DNA of 64,000 nt. Source: Flavobacteriaceae bacterium (GTDB taxonomy: Bacteria > Bacteroidota > Bacteroidia > Flavobacteriales > Flavobacteriaceae). Where the stretch lies: assembly GCA_022565635.1 (NCBI GenBank), contig JAIUMH010000001.1:2428-66427 (forward strand), written 5' to 3'. Numbering within the stretch: the stretch's first letter is position 1; every line of letters begins with the position of its first letter. This document shows, piece by piece, positions 36,113 to 45,845 of the stretch. Both the position numbers and the translations under genes were made by a program. The notes below the pieces were generated by a model. It ran no database searches. It saw only the letters and a program-made list of their open reading frames with translations, and had not been told where the DNA came from.

Positions 36113-36113
36113 T

Positions 36114-37415
36114 CTATTTAACATTCCCCAAAAACTGAACTTGCAGTTGGGCTAAGTTGAATTCGAAAATGGATTGGTTGTACAACAATTCTTGGTTGGC
36201 CAATTGTATTTCGGCGTTCAGCAAGTCGGTTGTTCGTTCTAGTCCTTCTTCAAATCTGTTTTTTCTAATGTCGAATGCTTCTTGGGCTTGTTCCAACGAA
36301 AGTGCGTTTCGGTTGAGTTGATTTTCGGCTTCTTGAAGCACGCGTTTTGCTTTTTCCAATTCTACTTCAGAAGACGCTTTGTAATCTTCAGCTTCCAATT
36401 TAGCTTGTTGGAATTGGGCTTTCATTTTTTGGTTTTTGGCAATTCGGCTTCCGCCTTCAAACAAATTCCAATTTAAAGAAGCACCTACAAAAAAGTTTTG
36501 CGCACCCGTTCCAAAAACTTCTTCATCAAAATACTGCACATTTCCGAAGGCATTTAAGGTGGGGAGATACATCAAGCCTGTCGATTTCTTCATTTTATCG
36601 TAAGCCTCCACGCTCAAATCCATTGCCAAGACATCGCTTCGGTTGGCTAAATCCGTTTCTTGAGTTTCCGCTGAAAGATTCATTTCCAATTGATTGTCAG
36701 GAGAAAGTAAGGCGCCTTCTTCATTCATCATATAATGCATATAATCTGAAATATGCGCCACTTCGTTGTTGGCTTTGCTCAGGGCATTTTCAACTTCGTT
36801 TAATCTTACTTTTGCGCTCAACACATCCGATTTCACCAACAAACCTTCTGCATAAAAATCTTCTATGCTTTGCAAGTTAGCTTGAGCGGTAGCTTTTGAT
36901 TTTTCGAGTACATCTACGCTTTTATACGCCAATTGCAGTTGCATGTACAAGCGGTCGGCTTGAAGCAACAAGGCTTCCTTTTTGAAGGTGTTTTGTTGCA
37001 ATTGCGCATCTGCTCGGTCTTTTAACGCCGAACGCATCACCCACTTATCGAAATTAATCAAAGGTTGTTGCACCTGAAAAGTGGTTACAAAGTTGCTCAC
37101 CGCCGACGGATTGTTGAGGTTGTTGATGGCGAAATCACTTTCAGAAAAAACACCCTGATTCAACAACGTACCAAACGCCATCACCGGATTATCGGTGCGG
37201 TAGGCGGTATGCGAAGCGCTTAATTGTGGTAGAAATGTCGCATTGGTTTCGCGAAATTCTGCCCTCATCTGCAAGTATTCTTGTTCGTTGGCTTGCAGGC
37301 TTCTGTTGTTTTGTTCTATTTTGCTTTTGAACTCCTCTAAGCTAATGGATTGCTTGGGTTGAGCAAAACTTATGCTTACGAGGAAGAAAAAAACAATGCT
37401 TAAATTTAACTTCAT
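36114..37415 (-). CDS. TolC-family outer-membrane efflux protein
   Basis: 433 aa with a signal peptide ending SFAQ and two-fold repeated coiled-coil/beta structure. It has typical TolC blocks (YLPTLNAFGNVQY; NWNLFEGG). Confidence 0.9.
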   Translation of the reverse strand: MKLNLSIVFFFLVSISFAQPKQSISLEEFKSKIEQNNRSLQANEQEYLQMRAEFRETNATFLPQLSASHTAYRTDNPVMAFGTLLNQGVFSESDFAINNLNNPSAVSNFVTTFQVQQPLINFDKWVMRSALKDRADAQLQQNTFKKEALLLQADRLYMQLQLAYKSVDVLEKSKATAQANLQSIEDFYAEGLLVKSDVLSAKVRLNEVENALSKANNEVAHISDYMHYMMNEEGALLSPDNQLEMNLSAETQETDLANRSDVLAMDLSVEAYDKMKKSTGLMYLPTLNAFGNVQYFDEEVFGTGAQNFFVGASLNWNLFEGGSRIAKNQKMKAQFQQAKLEAEDYKASSEVELEKAKRVLQEAENQLNRNALSLEQAQEAFDIRKNRFEEGLERTTDLLNAEIQLANQELLYNQSIFEFNLAQLQVQFLGNVK

Positions 37416-37469
37416 ATCACATTAATTTATGGGGCAAAATTAGGGTGATAAGTTATAGCTATTGGTAAC

Positions 37470-37477
37470 CAAAGTTA
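37470..37477 (-). promoter_or_regulatory. -7 box (minus strand) for the TolC-adaptor-RND operon
   Basis: Plus-strand caaagtta corresponds to minus-strand TAACTTTG, 55 nt upstream of the ATG at 37415. Confidence 0.4.
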
Positions 37478-37572
37478 CGCTGAAAGAGAAAATGTGCGAA
37501 AGCTGATTTTAGTCAGATACTCATCAAATAAAGAGAAGAGGCGAAAGGATTAGTTTTGGGAAAACTTCAAAT

Positions 37573-37606
37573 AAAAAAAGAGGAGAAATTTAAAAATTCC
37601 TCCTCT
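37573..37606 (-). terminator. Rho-independent terminator after the azurin-like gene
   Basis: On the plus strand, aaaaaa precedes agaggag..(14 nt)..ctcctct. On the minus strand this reads as a hairpin followed by a U-run, 27 nt after the stop at 37633. Confidence 0.75.
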
Positions 37607-37632
37607 TTTGTGTATTCATTAAAGTTTAACTA

Positions 37633-38175
37633 TTACTCAACAATAAACTTTCCTTTCATTAAGGCAACATGTCCAGGAAAAGAACAAATAAAATCATATT
37701 CTCCTTTATCCTCTGGCGCGGTAAATGTAACAGTGGAAGATTCACCACCTCCTATCATTTCAGTATGAGCAATTACATCATCACCAGCATCTTCTGGAAT
37801 ATAGCCATTATCTGCTGCTCCTGCCGCTTTTTCTCCAAAAGCCATCATATCAACTCCTTGATTAAGCAGAACAAAGTTATGTCCCATTGCTTGTTTACTC
37901 ATTTGACCAGTATGTTTTAAAGTCAACTCAACTTCGCTACCCGCTTTAACTTTCAACTTTTTCTTATTGAATTTCATTTGGTCACTACCTTCAATAGTAA
38001 GTTTTACAACACCTTCTTCAGCATCACTGCTTTCTTCAGATTGTGTTTCTCTTTGTTCAGTTTGGGAACCGATACTTACTTTAGATTCTTTTTTTTCCTC
38101 TTTCTTTTCATCTCCACCACAAGCCACTAGACTTAAAGCTAATAACATGCTTAGACTTAATTTTACAATTTTCAT
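37633..38175 (-). CDS. Azurin-like type-1 (blue) copper protein, lipoprotein with a long acidic linker
   Basis: It has the lipobox SLVACGG. The azurin blocks are MGHNFVL and CSFPGHVALMKGKF, which supply the Cys-His-Met copper ligands. Confidence 0.85.
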   Translation of the reverse strand: MKIVKLSLSMLLALSLVACGGDEKKEEKKESKVSIGSQTEQRETQSEESSDAEEGVVKLTIEGSDQMKFNKKKLKVKAGSEVELTLKHTGQMSKQAMGHNFVLLNQGVDMMAFGEKAAGAADNGYIPEDAGDDVIAHTEMIGGGESSTVTFTAPEDKGEYDFICSFPGHVALMKGKFIVE

Positions 38176-38202
38176 TTTTTTCTTTTTTAATTAAATAAAG
38201 GA

Positions 38203-38715
38203 TTACTCCTCAACAACTTTAATATTAATTTCTGCGCTTAAGGCTTCACCATAAGACTGATGATACCCATTAGCATACTGCATGGTTAAGGTATAATCAC
38301 CAGGCTCTAACTCTAATTCAGCTTCTGTTTGAGCATCTCCATAGTGAAGATTAGTTTCATCCATGGGAATGGTTTCTCCAAGTTCATAAAACTCTCCATT
38401 AATAATGATATGATGATGACCACTATGATAAATCAGATCTCCTGCTGGATTTAAAGCAATACCTTCTACTCCCATTTCTACTTTAAAAGGGCTAGTAACT
38501 TCTTGACCATCTTCCAAATTTTTAAAGAAAACCCTTGCATCATCTGGAAAAGCAAGGTAATCTACTTCCTCATCGTTTTCTGTTGAAGTTTCAACATCTT
38601 CTTGCTGAATTTCAACTTCTTTTTCCTTGTTTTCCTTTTTAGCATCATCACAGCTTATTAAAGCAAATGAAAAAAGCAAAAAAGCAAAAGCCATTTTAAA
38701 TTTCATAATTCTCAT
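38203..38715 (-). CDS. DUF4399 domain lipoprotein
   Basis: It has the lipobox LISCDD, an acidic linker and the His-rich block YHSGHHHIIING typical of DUF4399. The first in-frame ATGs are at 38715 and 38706, and the ORF-track start at 38721 is TTG. Confidence 0.7.
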   Translation of the reverse strand: MRIMKFKMAFAFLLFSFALISCDDAKKENKEKEVEIQQEDVETSTENDEEVDYLAFPDDARVFFKNLEDGQEVTSPFKVEMGVEGIALNPAGDLIYHSGHHHIIINGEFYELGETIPMDETNLHYGDAQTEAELELEPGDYTLTMQYANGYHQSYGEALSAEINIKVVEE

Positions 38716-38725
38716 TTTCAATTAA

Positions 38726-40006
38726 TTATCGGTTATTAATATTTGTGTAAGCTCTGTGATTTTCACCAGTGTAAACTTGTCTTGGTCTTCCAATAGGCTC
38801 TTTTTTCAATCTCATTTCTCTCCATTGAGCAATCCAACCTGGCAATCTTCCTAAAGCAAACATTACAGTAAACATATCCGTTGGTATACCAAGTGCACGG
38901 TAGATTATGCCTGAGTAAAAGTCTACGTTAGGGTAAAGTTTACGATCTACAAAATAGCTATCTTCTAAGGCTTCTTTTTCTAGTCCTTTTGCTATATCAA
39001 GAACTGGGTCTTGAATACCAAGGTTACCTAAAACTTCGTCTGCTGACTTTTTAATTATTTTAGCACGAGGATCAAAATTTTTGTAAACTCTATGTCCAAA
39101 GCCCATTAATCTGAATGGATCATTTTTGTCTTTGGCTTTCGCCATAAACTTTTTAGTATCTCCACCGTCTTCTTTAATAGCTTCTAACATTTCAATGACT
39201 GCTTGGTTAGCTCCACCATGAAGTGGTCCCCAAAGTGCCGATACACCAGCAGAAATAGAAGCGAATAAACCAGCGTGAGATGAGCCAACAATTCTTACAG
39301 TTGAAGTAGAGCAATTTTGCTCATGGTCTGCATGCAAGATTAATAATTTATTTAGTGCTGAAGCAACAACAGGGTCAACCTCATAATCTTTATTAGGCTT
39401 TTTGAACATCATTTTCAAGACATTTTCAACGTAGCCTAAGTCGTTATCTCCATAATCTAATGGTTGCCCAGTTCGCTTTCTCAAAGCCCAAGCACATAAT
39501 ACTGGAAATTTTGCTAGGATTTTAATAATAGCCTTATACATATCCTCTTCAGAGTCAACATTTACAGAGGAAGGGTTGAAAGCAATAAGTGCATTTGTAA
39601 GAGAAGAAACAACCCCCATAGGATGAGCAGATTTTGGAAAACCATCTAAGATTTTCTTCATCTCTTCATCTACGTGAGATTCTTCTTTAATATCGTCAAA
39701 AAAATTGTCAAGTTCATTTTGTGTTGGAAGTTCTCCAAAAATAAGCAAATATGCTACTTCAAGAAAGCTTGCATTAGCAGCAAGTTCCTCAATACTATAA
39801 CCACGGTATCTTAAAATTCCTTCTTCTCCATTTAAAAAAGTAATTTTACTTTCACAAGAGCCCGTATTTTTAAAACCAGGATCAATAGTGATAAGTCCTC
39901 CTGATTGACCTCTTAATTTAGAAATATCAATTGCATTCTCTTTTTCTGAACCTGTTATTACAGGTAATTCATATTTCTTACCGTCAAATTCTATTGTAGC
40001 ATTCAT
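38726..40006 (-). CDS. gltA: Citrate synthase
   Basis: It has the signature GFGHRVYKNFDPR and the LHADHEQN block. The 426-aa length is typical of the type II enzyme. Confidence 0.96.
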   Translation of the reverse strand: MNATIEFDGKKYELPVITGSEKENAIDISKLRGQSGGLITIDPGFKNTGSCESKITFLNGEEGILRYRGYSIEELAANASFLEVAYLLIFGELPTQNELDNFFDDIKEESHVDEEMKKILDGFPKSAHPMGVVSSLTNALIAFNPSSVNVDSEEDMYKAIIKILAKFPVLCAWALRKRTGQPLDYGDNDLGYVENVLKMMFKKPNKDYEVDPVVASALNKLLILHADHEQNCSTSTVRIVGSSHAGLFASISAGVSALWGPLHGGANQAVIEMLEAIKEDGGDTKKFMAKAKDKNDPFRLMGFGHRVYKNFDPRAKIIKKSADEVLGNLGIQDPVLDIAKGLEKEALEDSYFVDRKLYPNVDFYSGIIYRALGIPTDMFTVMFALGRLPGWIAQWREMRLKKEPIGRPRQVYTGENHRAYTNINNR

Positions 40007-40039
40007 TTATATAAGTTTTATTTATTATTCCAATTGCTA

Positions 40040-40047
40040 CAAATTTA
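40040..40047 (-). promoter_or_regulatory. -7 box (minus strand) for gltA
   Basis: Plus-strand caaattta corresponds to minus-strand TAAATTTG, 33 nt upstream of the ATG at 40006. Confidence 0.45.
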
Positions 40048-40070
40048 CGAAATTAAGCCTTAAAACAGGC

Positions 40071-40140
40071 ATAAAAACAAAGGAATCCACCTATCTAAAA
40101 AACAATGTTTTGTTAATTTTTTAGAAATAGCAGATTCCTT
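40071..40140 (-). terminator. Long imperfect hairpin plus T-rich tail after eno
   Basis: The aaggaatc (40080-40087) and gattcctt (40133-40140) arms enclose further complementary segments (ctatctaaaaaa / ttttttagaaatag). On the minus strand it is followed by tgtttttat. Confidence 0.6.
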
Positions 40141-40164
40141 AATATAAACTTTACGTTTCGTTGT

Positions 40165-41457
40165 TTAAAAATCTAAACGAAATGCATTTTTTTGTGGGAA
40201 ATAAGCTGTATTTCCTAATTCTTCTTCAATTCTAAGTAATTGATTATACTTGGCCATTCTATCACTTCTAGAAGCTGATCCAGTTTTAATTTGACCTGTT
40301 TCTAAGGCCACTGCTAAGTCTGCAATGGTATTGTCTTCTGTTTCTCCAGACCGGTGTGATATTACTGCAGTGTATCCAGCCTTGTGAGCCATATTTACAG
40401 CTGCAATGGTTTCTGTTAGGGTTCCAATTTGATTGACTTTTATCAAAATTGAATTAGCAATATCTTCATTAATACCTCTTGAGAGCTTCTCTACATTTGT
40501 AACAAAGAGGTCATCACCTACTAATTGCACTTGATCACCAACAGCTTCGGTTAACAACTTCCATCCTTCCCAGTCATTTTCGTCCATAGCGTCTTCTATT
40601 GAAATGATAGGATATTTATCAACTAAATCTTTCAGGAAAGCAACTTGTTCTTCTACGTTTCTTTTTACTCCTTTATCCCCTTCAAATTTAGTGTAATCAT
40701 ACATTCCATCAACATAAAATTCTGCCGCTGCACAATCTAAAGCTATAAACACCTCTTCTCCAAATTTATATCCAGCATTTTCAACTGCTTTATGAATGGA
40801 TTGTAAAGCGTCTTCAGTCCCCTCTAGCGTCGGCGCAAAACCTCCTTCGTCTCCAACAGCTGTTGAAAGGCCTCTATCTTTAAGTACTTTTTTTAAGTGA
40901 TGAAAAATTTCTGTACCAATTTTCATAGCTTCAGAAAATGAATTAGCCATTACTGGCATAATCATAAATTCCTGAAAAGCAATGGGAGCGTCACTATGCG
41001 AACCTCCATTAATAATATTCATCATTGGTACTGGCAAAGTGGAAGTTTTTACTCCTCCAATATACCTATACAAAGGCATTCCTAAATCTTCTGCAGCAGC
41101 CTTTGCACATGCTATTGAAACACCTAAAATAGCATTGGCTCCTAATTTTGCTTTGTTGGGTGTTCCATCCAAATCAATTAATAATTGGTCTATTTCTTCT
41201 TGGTCAAATACAGATATACCTAACAACTTGTCTGAAATCAAGTTATTCACGTGATCAACCGCTTGAAGCACACCTTTACCCATGTAATCTTCTCCACCAT
41301 CTCTTAACTCAACCGCCTCATGTTCACCAGTAGAAGCACCTGAAGGCACAGCAAACCTTCCCATGGCACCATTTTCTGTAGTTACATCTACTTCTAAAGC
41401 AGGGTTTCCTCTAGAGTCAAATATTTGTCTAGCGTGTATATCTAAAATTGCACTCAT
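40165..41457 (-). CDS. eno: Enolase (phosphopyruvate hydratase)
   Basis: It has the signature [14 protein letters not shown] and the SHRSGETED block. The length is 430 aa. Confidence 0.98.
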   Translation of the reverse strand: MSAILDIHARQIFDSRGNPALEVDVTTENGAMGRFAVPSGASTGEHEAVELRDGGEDYMGKGVLQAVDHVNNLISDKLLGISVFDQEEIDQLLIDLDGTPNKAKLGANAILGVSIACAKAAAEDLGMPLYRYIGGVKTSTLPVPMMNIINGGSHSDAPIAFQEFMIMPVMANSFSEAMKIGTEIFHHLKKVLKDRGLSTAVGDEGGFAPTLEGTEDALQSIHKAVENAGYKFGEEVFIALDCAAAEFYVDGMYDYTKFEGDKGVKRNVEEQVAFLKDLVDKYPIISIEDAMDENDWEGWKLLTEAVGDQVQLVGDDLFVTNVEKLSRGINEDIANSILIKVNQIGTLTETIAAVNMAHKAGYTAVISHRSGETEDNTIADLAVALETGQIKTGSASRSDRMAKYNQLLRIEEELGNTAYFPQKNAFRLDF

Positions 41458-41565
41458 AATAATTATTTTAATTGTTTATTGCAATATACGAATAAAAGTA
41501 CATTTTTATTATGGAATTGAAAATTGACGTATTCAATTCCACAACTCAAACGTTTTTGGTGATAA

Positions 41566-42681
41566 TTAATTTTTCTTTTGTTGAATCATTTGCACAAAAT
41601 CATCAAAGAGGTAGGTTGCATCATTAGGACCTGGCCCTGCTTCTGGGTGATATTGCACACTAAAGCAATCTTTGTTTTTCAATCTAATTCCTGCTACTGA
41701 ATTATCATTTAAATGAATATGAGTGATTTCAACTTCTGGATGTTTCTCTGCTTCCTCGTAACTAACACTGAAACCATGATTTTGTGATGTAATTTCAGAT
41801 TTACCTGTAATTAGGTTTTTTACAGGATGATTTATACCTCTATGACCATGGTGCATTTTAAAAGTATTTATCCCCATAGCTAGAGAAATGATTTGATGAC
41901 CAAGGCAAATACCAAATAAGGGAAAATCATTATCAAGAATTGTTAAAACAACATCTTTAACGGATTTTAAAGTCTTTGGATCGCCTGGACCATTAGACAA
42001 AAAGAAAGCATCAGGTTGAAAATCAAGCATCTCTTCATAAGAAGTATTCCAAGGAAAGACTTTTAAGTGACAGCCACGAGCTTTTAAATGTCGAAGAATA
42101 TTTTCTTTAATTCCGAGGTCTAAAACCGCAACTCTACAATTTGAATCTTGATCAGGTTGAATTTCATAGGCTTTAGTTGTAGAAACTTTAGAAGAAAGTT
42201 CTAAACCCGCCATACTAGGATGTTGTGCTAATTGATTTTTTAAGTCATCTATATGCTCAGTAGCTGTACTAATAACAGCATTCATTGCACCATGTACACG
42301 AATATATTCAGTTAAAGCACGTGTATCGATATCTGAAACTGCATGAATTTGATTTTGATGAAGAAACTCTTCTAATGAAAGATGAGAATCAACCCTTGAA
42401 GGATGGTAAGAAAAGTTTTTACAAACCAAGCCAGAAATTTTGATAGAAGATGACTCAGACTCGTTCGTATTTATTCCGTAATTACCTATATGCGCGTTAG
42501 TGGTTAGCATAATTTGACCAAAGTAAGATGGGTCTGTAAAAATCTCTTGGTAGCCCGTCATGCCAGTATTGAAACAAATTTCACCAAAGCTAGTAAATTC
42601 TTTGTCTGTAACAGCTTTACCAGTAAAAAGGGTGCCGTCTTCTAAAAGAACAACTGCCTTTAAATTTTTTATGTAGTTCAT
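41566..42681 (-). CDS. carA: Carbamoyl-phosphate synthase small (glutaminase) subunit
   Basis: It has a CPSase small-chain N-terminal domain and a class I GATase triad block (FGICLGHQ, HPE). Confidence 0.95.
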   Translation of the reverse strand: MNYIKNLKAVVLLEDGTLFTGKAVTDKEFTSFGEICFNTGMTGYQEIFTDPSYFGQIMLTTNAHIGNYGINTNESESSSIKISGLVCKNFSYHPSRVDSHLSLEEFLHQNQIHAVSDIDTRALTEYIRVHGAMNAVISTATEHIDDLKNQLAQHPSMAGLELSSKVSTTKAYEIQPDQDSNCRVAVLDLGIKENILRHLKARGCHLKVFPWNTSYEEMLDFQPDAFFLSNGPGDPKTLKSVKDVVLTILDNDFPLFGICLGHQIISLAMGINTFKMHHGHRGINHPVKNLITGKSEITSQNHGFSVSYEEAEKHPEVEITHIHLNDNSVAGIRLKNKDCFSVQYHPEAGPGPNDATYLFDDFVQMIQQKKN

Positions 42682-42703
42682 TGTAAATAAATTAAAAAAT
42701 GCT

Positions 42704-42739
42704 TAAAAAAAAGGGACAAGCTAAAATAGCTTATCCCTT
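42704..42739 (-). terminator. Rho-independent terminator ending the ribosomal alpha operon (after rplQ)
   Basis: On the plus strand, aaaaaaa precedes aagggacaagct-aaaat-agcttatccctt (11 bp, one mismatch). On the minus strand the hairpin is followed by a U-run. Confidence 0.8.
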
Positions 42740-42763
42740 TAATATTACCTAAAAACAAATATT

Positions 42764-43249
42764 TTATTCGTTTTCTTTAGTATCATCTTCTTGAGTTGAA
42801 GTAGTTTCTACAGTCTCTTCAGCAGTAGTTTTTTTCTTACCAGCTCTACGCGTAGATTTTTTCTTCTTAGCTCCGTTAGGATTGTAAAGCTCATTAAAAT
42901 CAACTAACTCTACCATTGCCATTTGGGCATTATCACCCAATCGATTACCAAGCTTTATGATTCTAACATACCCCCCTGGACGATCAGCAATTTTAGGCGC
43001 CACATCTCTAAACAACTCACTTACGTGGTCTTTGCTTCTCAATTTAGAGAAAGCAAGACGTCTGTTGTGCGTAGTGTCTTCTTTAGATTTAGTGATGATT
43101 GGTTCTACAAATTGTCTTAAAGCTTTAGCTTTTGCAACAGTTGTATTTATTCGCTTATGTTCTATAAGTGAGCAAGCCATATTCGCTAACATCGATTTAC
43201 GATGCGCAGTCTTACGACTTAAATGATTAAATTTCTTTCCGTGTCTCAT
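42764..43249 (-). CDS. rplQ: 50S ribosomal protein L17
   Basis: It begins [24 protein letters not shown] and has a basic/acidic C-terminal extension. Confidence 0.97.
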   Translation of the reverse strand: MRHGKKFNHLSRKTAHRKSMLANMACSLIEHKRINTTVAKAKALRQFVEPIITKSKEDTTHNRRLAFSKLRSKDHVSELFRDVAPKIADRPGGYVRIIKLGNRLGDNAQMAMVELVDFNELYNPNGAKKKKSTRRAGKKKTTAEETVETTSTQEDDTKENE

Positions 43250-43273
43250 TTTTGATATACTTTTAAGACTCTA

Positions 43274-44266
43274 TTATTCTTTATCTAATTTATACTTGGA
43301 CAAATCCATACCGAAGTCTAAACCTTTATCAGCTACAAGCTCCTCTAATTCTGTAAGGGACTTTTTACCAAAGTTTCTAAACTTCATAAGATCATTTTTG
43401 TTATAGGAAACTAAGTCACCTAAGGTTTCAACTTCAGCCGCTTTTAAACAATTTAATGCTCTTACTGATAAATCCAAATCAACCAATTTAGATTTAAGAA
43501 GTTGTCTCATATGAAGAGATTCTTCGTCATATGTTTCAGCGTGGGATAATTCATCCGTTTCTAGAGTAATTCTTTCGTCAGAGAATAACATGAAGTGATG
43601 AATTAAAGTCTTTGCTGCTTCGGTTAAAGCATCTTTTGGAAAAATAGAACCATCGGTTGAAATTTCAAAAACTAATTTTTCATAATCAGTTTTTTGCTCA
43701 ACACGGTAGTTTTCGATGCTGTATTTTACATTTTTAATAGGTGTAAAAATAGAATCAACAAAAATAGTTCCAAGTGGTGCCTTTTCGTCTTTGTTTTCTT
43801 CAGCGGTTACGTAACCTCTTCCTTTTTCAATAGTGAGTTCCATGTTTAAAGAAACATTTTGATCCATATTGCAAATAACAAGGTCTGGGTTAAGTATTTC
43901 AAAACCACTTATAAACTTCTGCAAATCGCCTGCTTTAAGTTGATCTTTGGCGTTGATGTTGATGCTTACTGTTTCATTATCTAAGTCTTCAACTTGTTTC
44001 TTAAAACGAACTTGTTTAAAGTTTAGAATCATTTCAGTAACATCTTCTACAACTCCAGGAATTGTACTAAATTCATGCTCAACACCATCAATACGAATAG
44101 AGGTTATTGCAAAGCCTTCTAAGGAAGACAACAGTACTCTTCTTAAAGCGTTACCAACAGTTAAACCGTAACCTGGTTCTAAGGGTCTAAATTCGAAGTT
44201 GCCCTCAAAATCGGTAGATTCGATCATGATAACCTTGTCGGGCTTTTGGAAATTAAATAATGCCAT
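43274..44266 (-). CDS. rpoA: DNA-directed RNA polymerase alpha subunit
   Basis: 330 aa with the NTD block [11 protein letters not shown] and the CTD block [12 protein letters not shown]. Confidence 0.98.
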   Translation of the reverse strand: MALFNFQKPDKVIMIESTDFEGNFEFRPLEPGYGLTVGNALRRVLLSSLEGFAITSIRIDGVEHEFSTIPGVVEDVTEMILNFKQVRFKKQVEDLDNETVSININAKDQLKAGDLQKFISGFEILNPDLVICNMDQNVSLNMELTIEKGRGYVTAEENKDEKAPLGTIFVDSIFTPIKNVKYSIENYRVEQKTDYEKLVFEISTDGSIFPKDALTEAAKTLIHHFMLFSDERITLETDELSHAETYDEESLHMRQLLKSKLVDLDLSVRALNCLKAAEVETLGDLVSYNKNDLMKFRNFGKKSLTELEELVADKGLDFGMDLSKYKLDKE

Positions 44267-44286
44267 AATTTGAGTTCTGTTAATGA

Positions 44287-44892
44287 TTATTTAGAATACA
44301 ATTCAACGATGTATTGTTCGTTAATGTTTTCAGGAATTTGAGTTCGTTCTGGGACAGCAACAAAAGTACCTTCCATTTTTTCTGAATTCCATGACATCCA
44401 CTCATAAACTTGCTTATTGTTTTTAAGCGAATCATCTATTGTTGAAAGCGATTTAGATTTTTCTCTCACACCTACAACATCGTTAGGTTTTACTTGATAT
44501 GATGGAATGTTTACAATTTCACCATTTACAGTAATGTGTTTGTGCGAAACAAGCTGTCTAGCAGCACTTCTAGTTGGAGCAACACCAAATCTAAATACTA
44601 CGTTATCAAGTCTAGATTCACATAATTGTAAAAGAACTTCACCAGTAATACCAGTAGCACGTGTTGCTTTTTTAAACATGTTACGGAATTGTCTTTCTAA
44701 AATACCATACGTATATTTAGCTTTTTGCTTTTCCATAAGCTGAATAGCATATTCAGACTTTTTTCCTCTTCTACGGTTATTTCCGTGTTGTCCTGGGGGA
44801 TAATTTCTTTTTTCAAAAGACTTATCATCACCGAAAATTGCCTCGCCAAATTTACGGGCTATTTTTGTTTTAGGACCAGTATATCTTGCCAT
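44287..44892 (-). CDS. rpsD: 30S ribosomal protein S4
   Basis: It begins [17 protein letters not shown] and contains an S4 RNA-binding domain. Confidence 0.98.
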   Translation of the reverse strand: MARYTGPKTKIARKFGEAIFGDDKSFEKRNYPPGQHGNNRRRGKKSEYAIQLMEKQKAKYTYGILERQFRNMFKKATRATGITGEVLLQLCESRLDNVVFRFGVAPTRSAARQLVSHKHITVNGEIVNIPSYQVKPNDVVGVREKSKSLSTIDDSLKNNKQVYEWMSWNSEKMEGTFVAVPERTQIPENINEQYIVELYSK

Positions 44893-44955
44893 TTTATTAT
44901 TATTTAATTGGGTTATGAATTAAGGTCAATCCTTCGATAACCTATACGTTCAAAG

Positions 44956-45339
44956 TTAAACTCTTCGTCTTTTTGGTGGACGACATCCATTGTGTGGTAA
45001 AGGGGTTACATCAATAATTTCAGTAACATCAATACCAGCATTGTGAATTGCTCTTATTGCAGATTCTCTTCCATTTCCAGGTCCTTTTACATAAACCTTT
45101 ACTTTTCTAAGACCTGCTTCATGAGCAACCTTACATGCATCTTCGGCAGCAAGTTGAGCAGCGTAAGGTGTATTTTTCTTACTCCCTCTAAAACCCATTT
45201 TACCTGCTGAAGACCAAGAAATAACATCTCCATTTTTATTAGTTAAAGACACAATGATGTTATTGAAAGAAGCAGTAACATGTGCTTCTCCAAAGGCATC
45301 AACGGTAACTTTACGTTTCTTGTTGTTTGACTTTGCCAT
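44956..45339 (-). CDS. rpsK: 30S ribosomal protein S11
   Basis: It contains [22 protein letters not shown] and [12 protein letters not shown]. Confidence 0.98.
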   Translation of the reverse strand: MAKSNNKKRKVTVDAFGEAHVTASFNNIIVSLTNKNGDVISWSSAGKMGFRGSKKNTPYAAQLAAEDACKVAHEAGLRKVKVYVKGPGNGRESAIRAIHNAGIDVTEIIDVTPLPHNGCRPPKRRRV

Positions 45340-45346
45340 TCTCTAA

Positions 45347-45721
45347 TTATTTAGTTACTTTTTTCTTGTTAGCAACAGTTTTCTTTCTTCCTTTACGTGT
45401 TCTAGAATTATTCTTAGTACGTTGTCCTCTAAGAGGAAGACCTGTTCTGTGTCTAATTCCACGGTAACATCCAATATCCATTAAACGTTTAATGTTCATT
45501 GAAACTTCAGATCTTAACTCACCTTCAATGGTGTAGGTTCCTACTGCTTCACGAATACGTCCAATTTCATCATCTTTCCAATCAGTAACTTTGGTATTCT
45601 CGTCTACTTTGGCTTCAGCTAGAATGTGTTTAGCTGTACTTCTGCCAATTCCGAAGATATAGGTTAACGCTATAACTCCTCGCTTTTGTTTTGGTATATC
45701 AACACCTGCAATTCTTGCCAT
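45347..45721 (-). CDS. rpsM: 30S ribosomal protein S13
   Basis: It begins [14 protein letters not shown] and contains [20 protein letters not shown]. Confidence 0.98.
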   Translation of the reverse strand: MARIAGVDIPKQKRGVIALTYIFGIGRSTAKHILAEAKVDENTKVTDWKDDEIGRIREAVGTYTIEGELRSEVSMNIKRLMDIGCYRGIRHRTGLPLRGQRTKNNSRTRKGRKKTVANKKKVTK

Positions 45722-45723
45722 AA

Positions 45724-45840
45724 TTACCCTTGTCTTTGTTTAAATTTTGGATTCTTTTTGTTGATTACATAAAGACGTCCTTTTCTTCGAACGATTTTGC
45801 AATCTGAACTTCTCTTTTTTATAGATGCTCTTACTTTCAT
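45724..45840 (-). CDS. rpmJ: 50S ribosomal protein L36 (single-Cys, non-zinc-ribbon form)
   Basis: This gene is not in the ORF track because it is under 60 aa. My translation of the minus strand is [38 protein letters not shown] followed by a stop. It sits in the canonical position between infA and rpsM. Confidence 0.93.
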   Translation of the reverse strand: MKVRASIKKRSSDCKIVRRKGRLYVINKKNPKFKQRQG

Positions 45841-45845
45841 GACTA

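Noticed and set aside
41512-41541. 10-bp hairpin tggaattgaa-N10-ttcaattcca after carA, as a canonical terminator
   Set aside because: It is not followed by a U-run on the carA (minus) strand. It may still pause or terminate transcription, but I cannot support calling it an intrinsic terminator.
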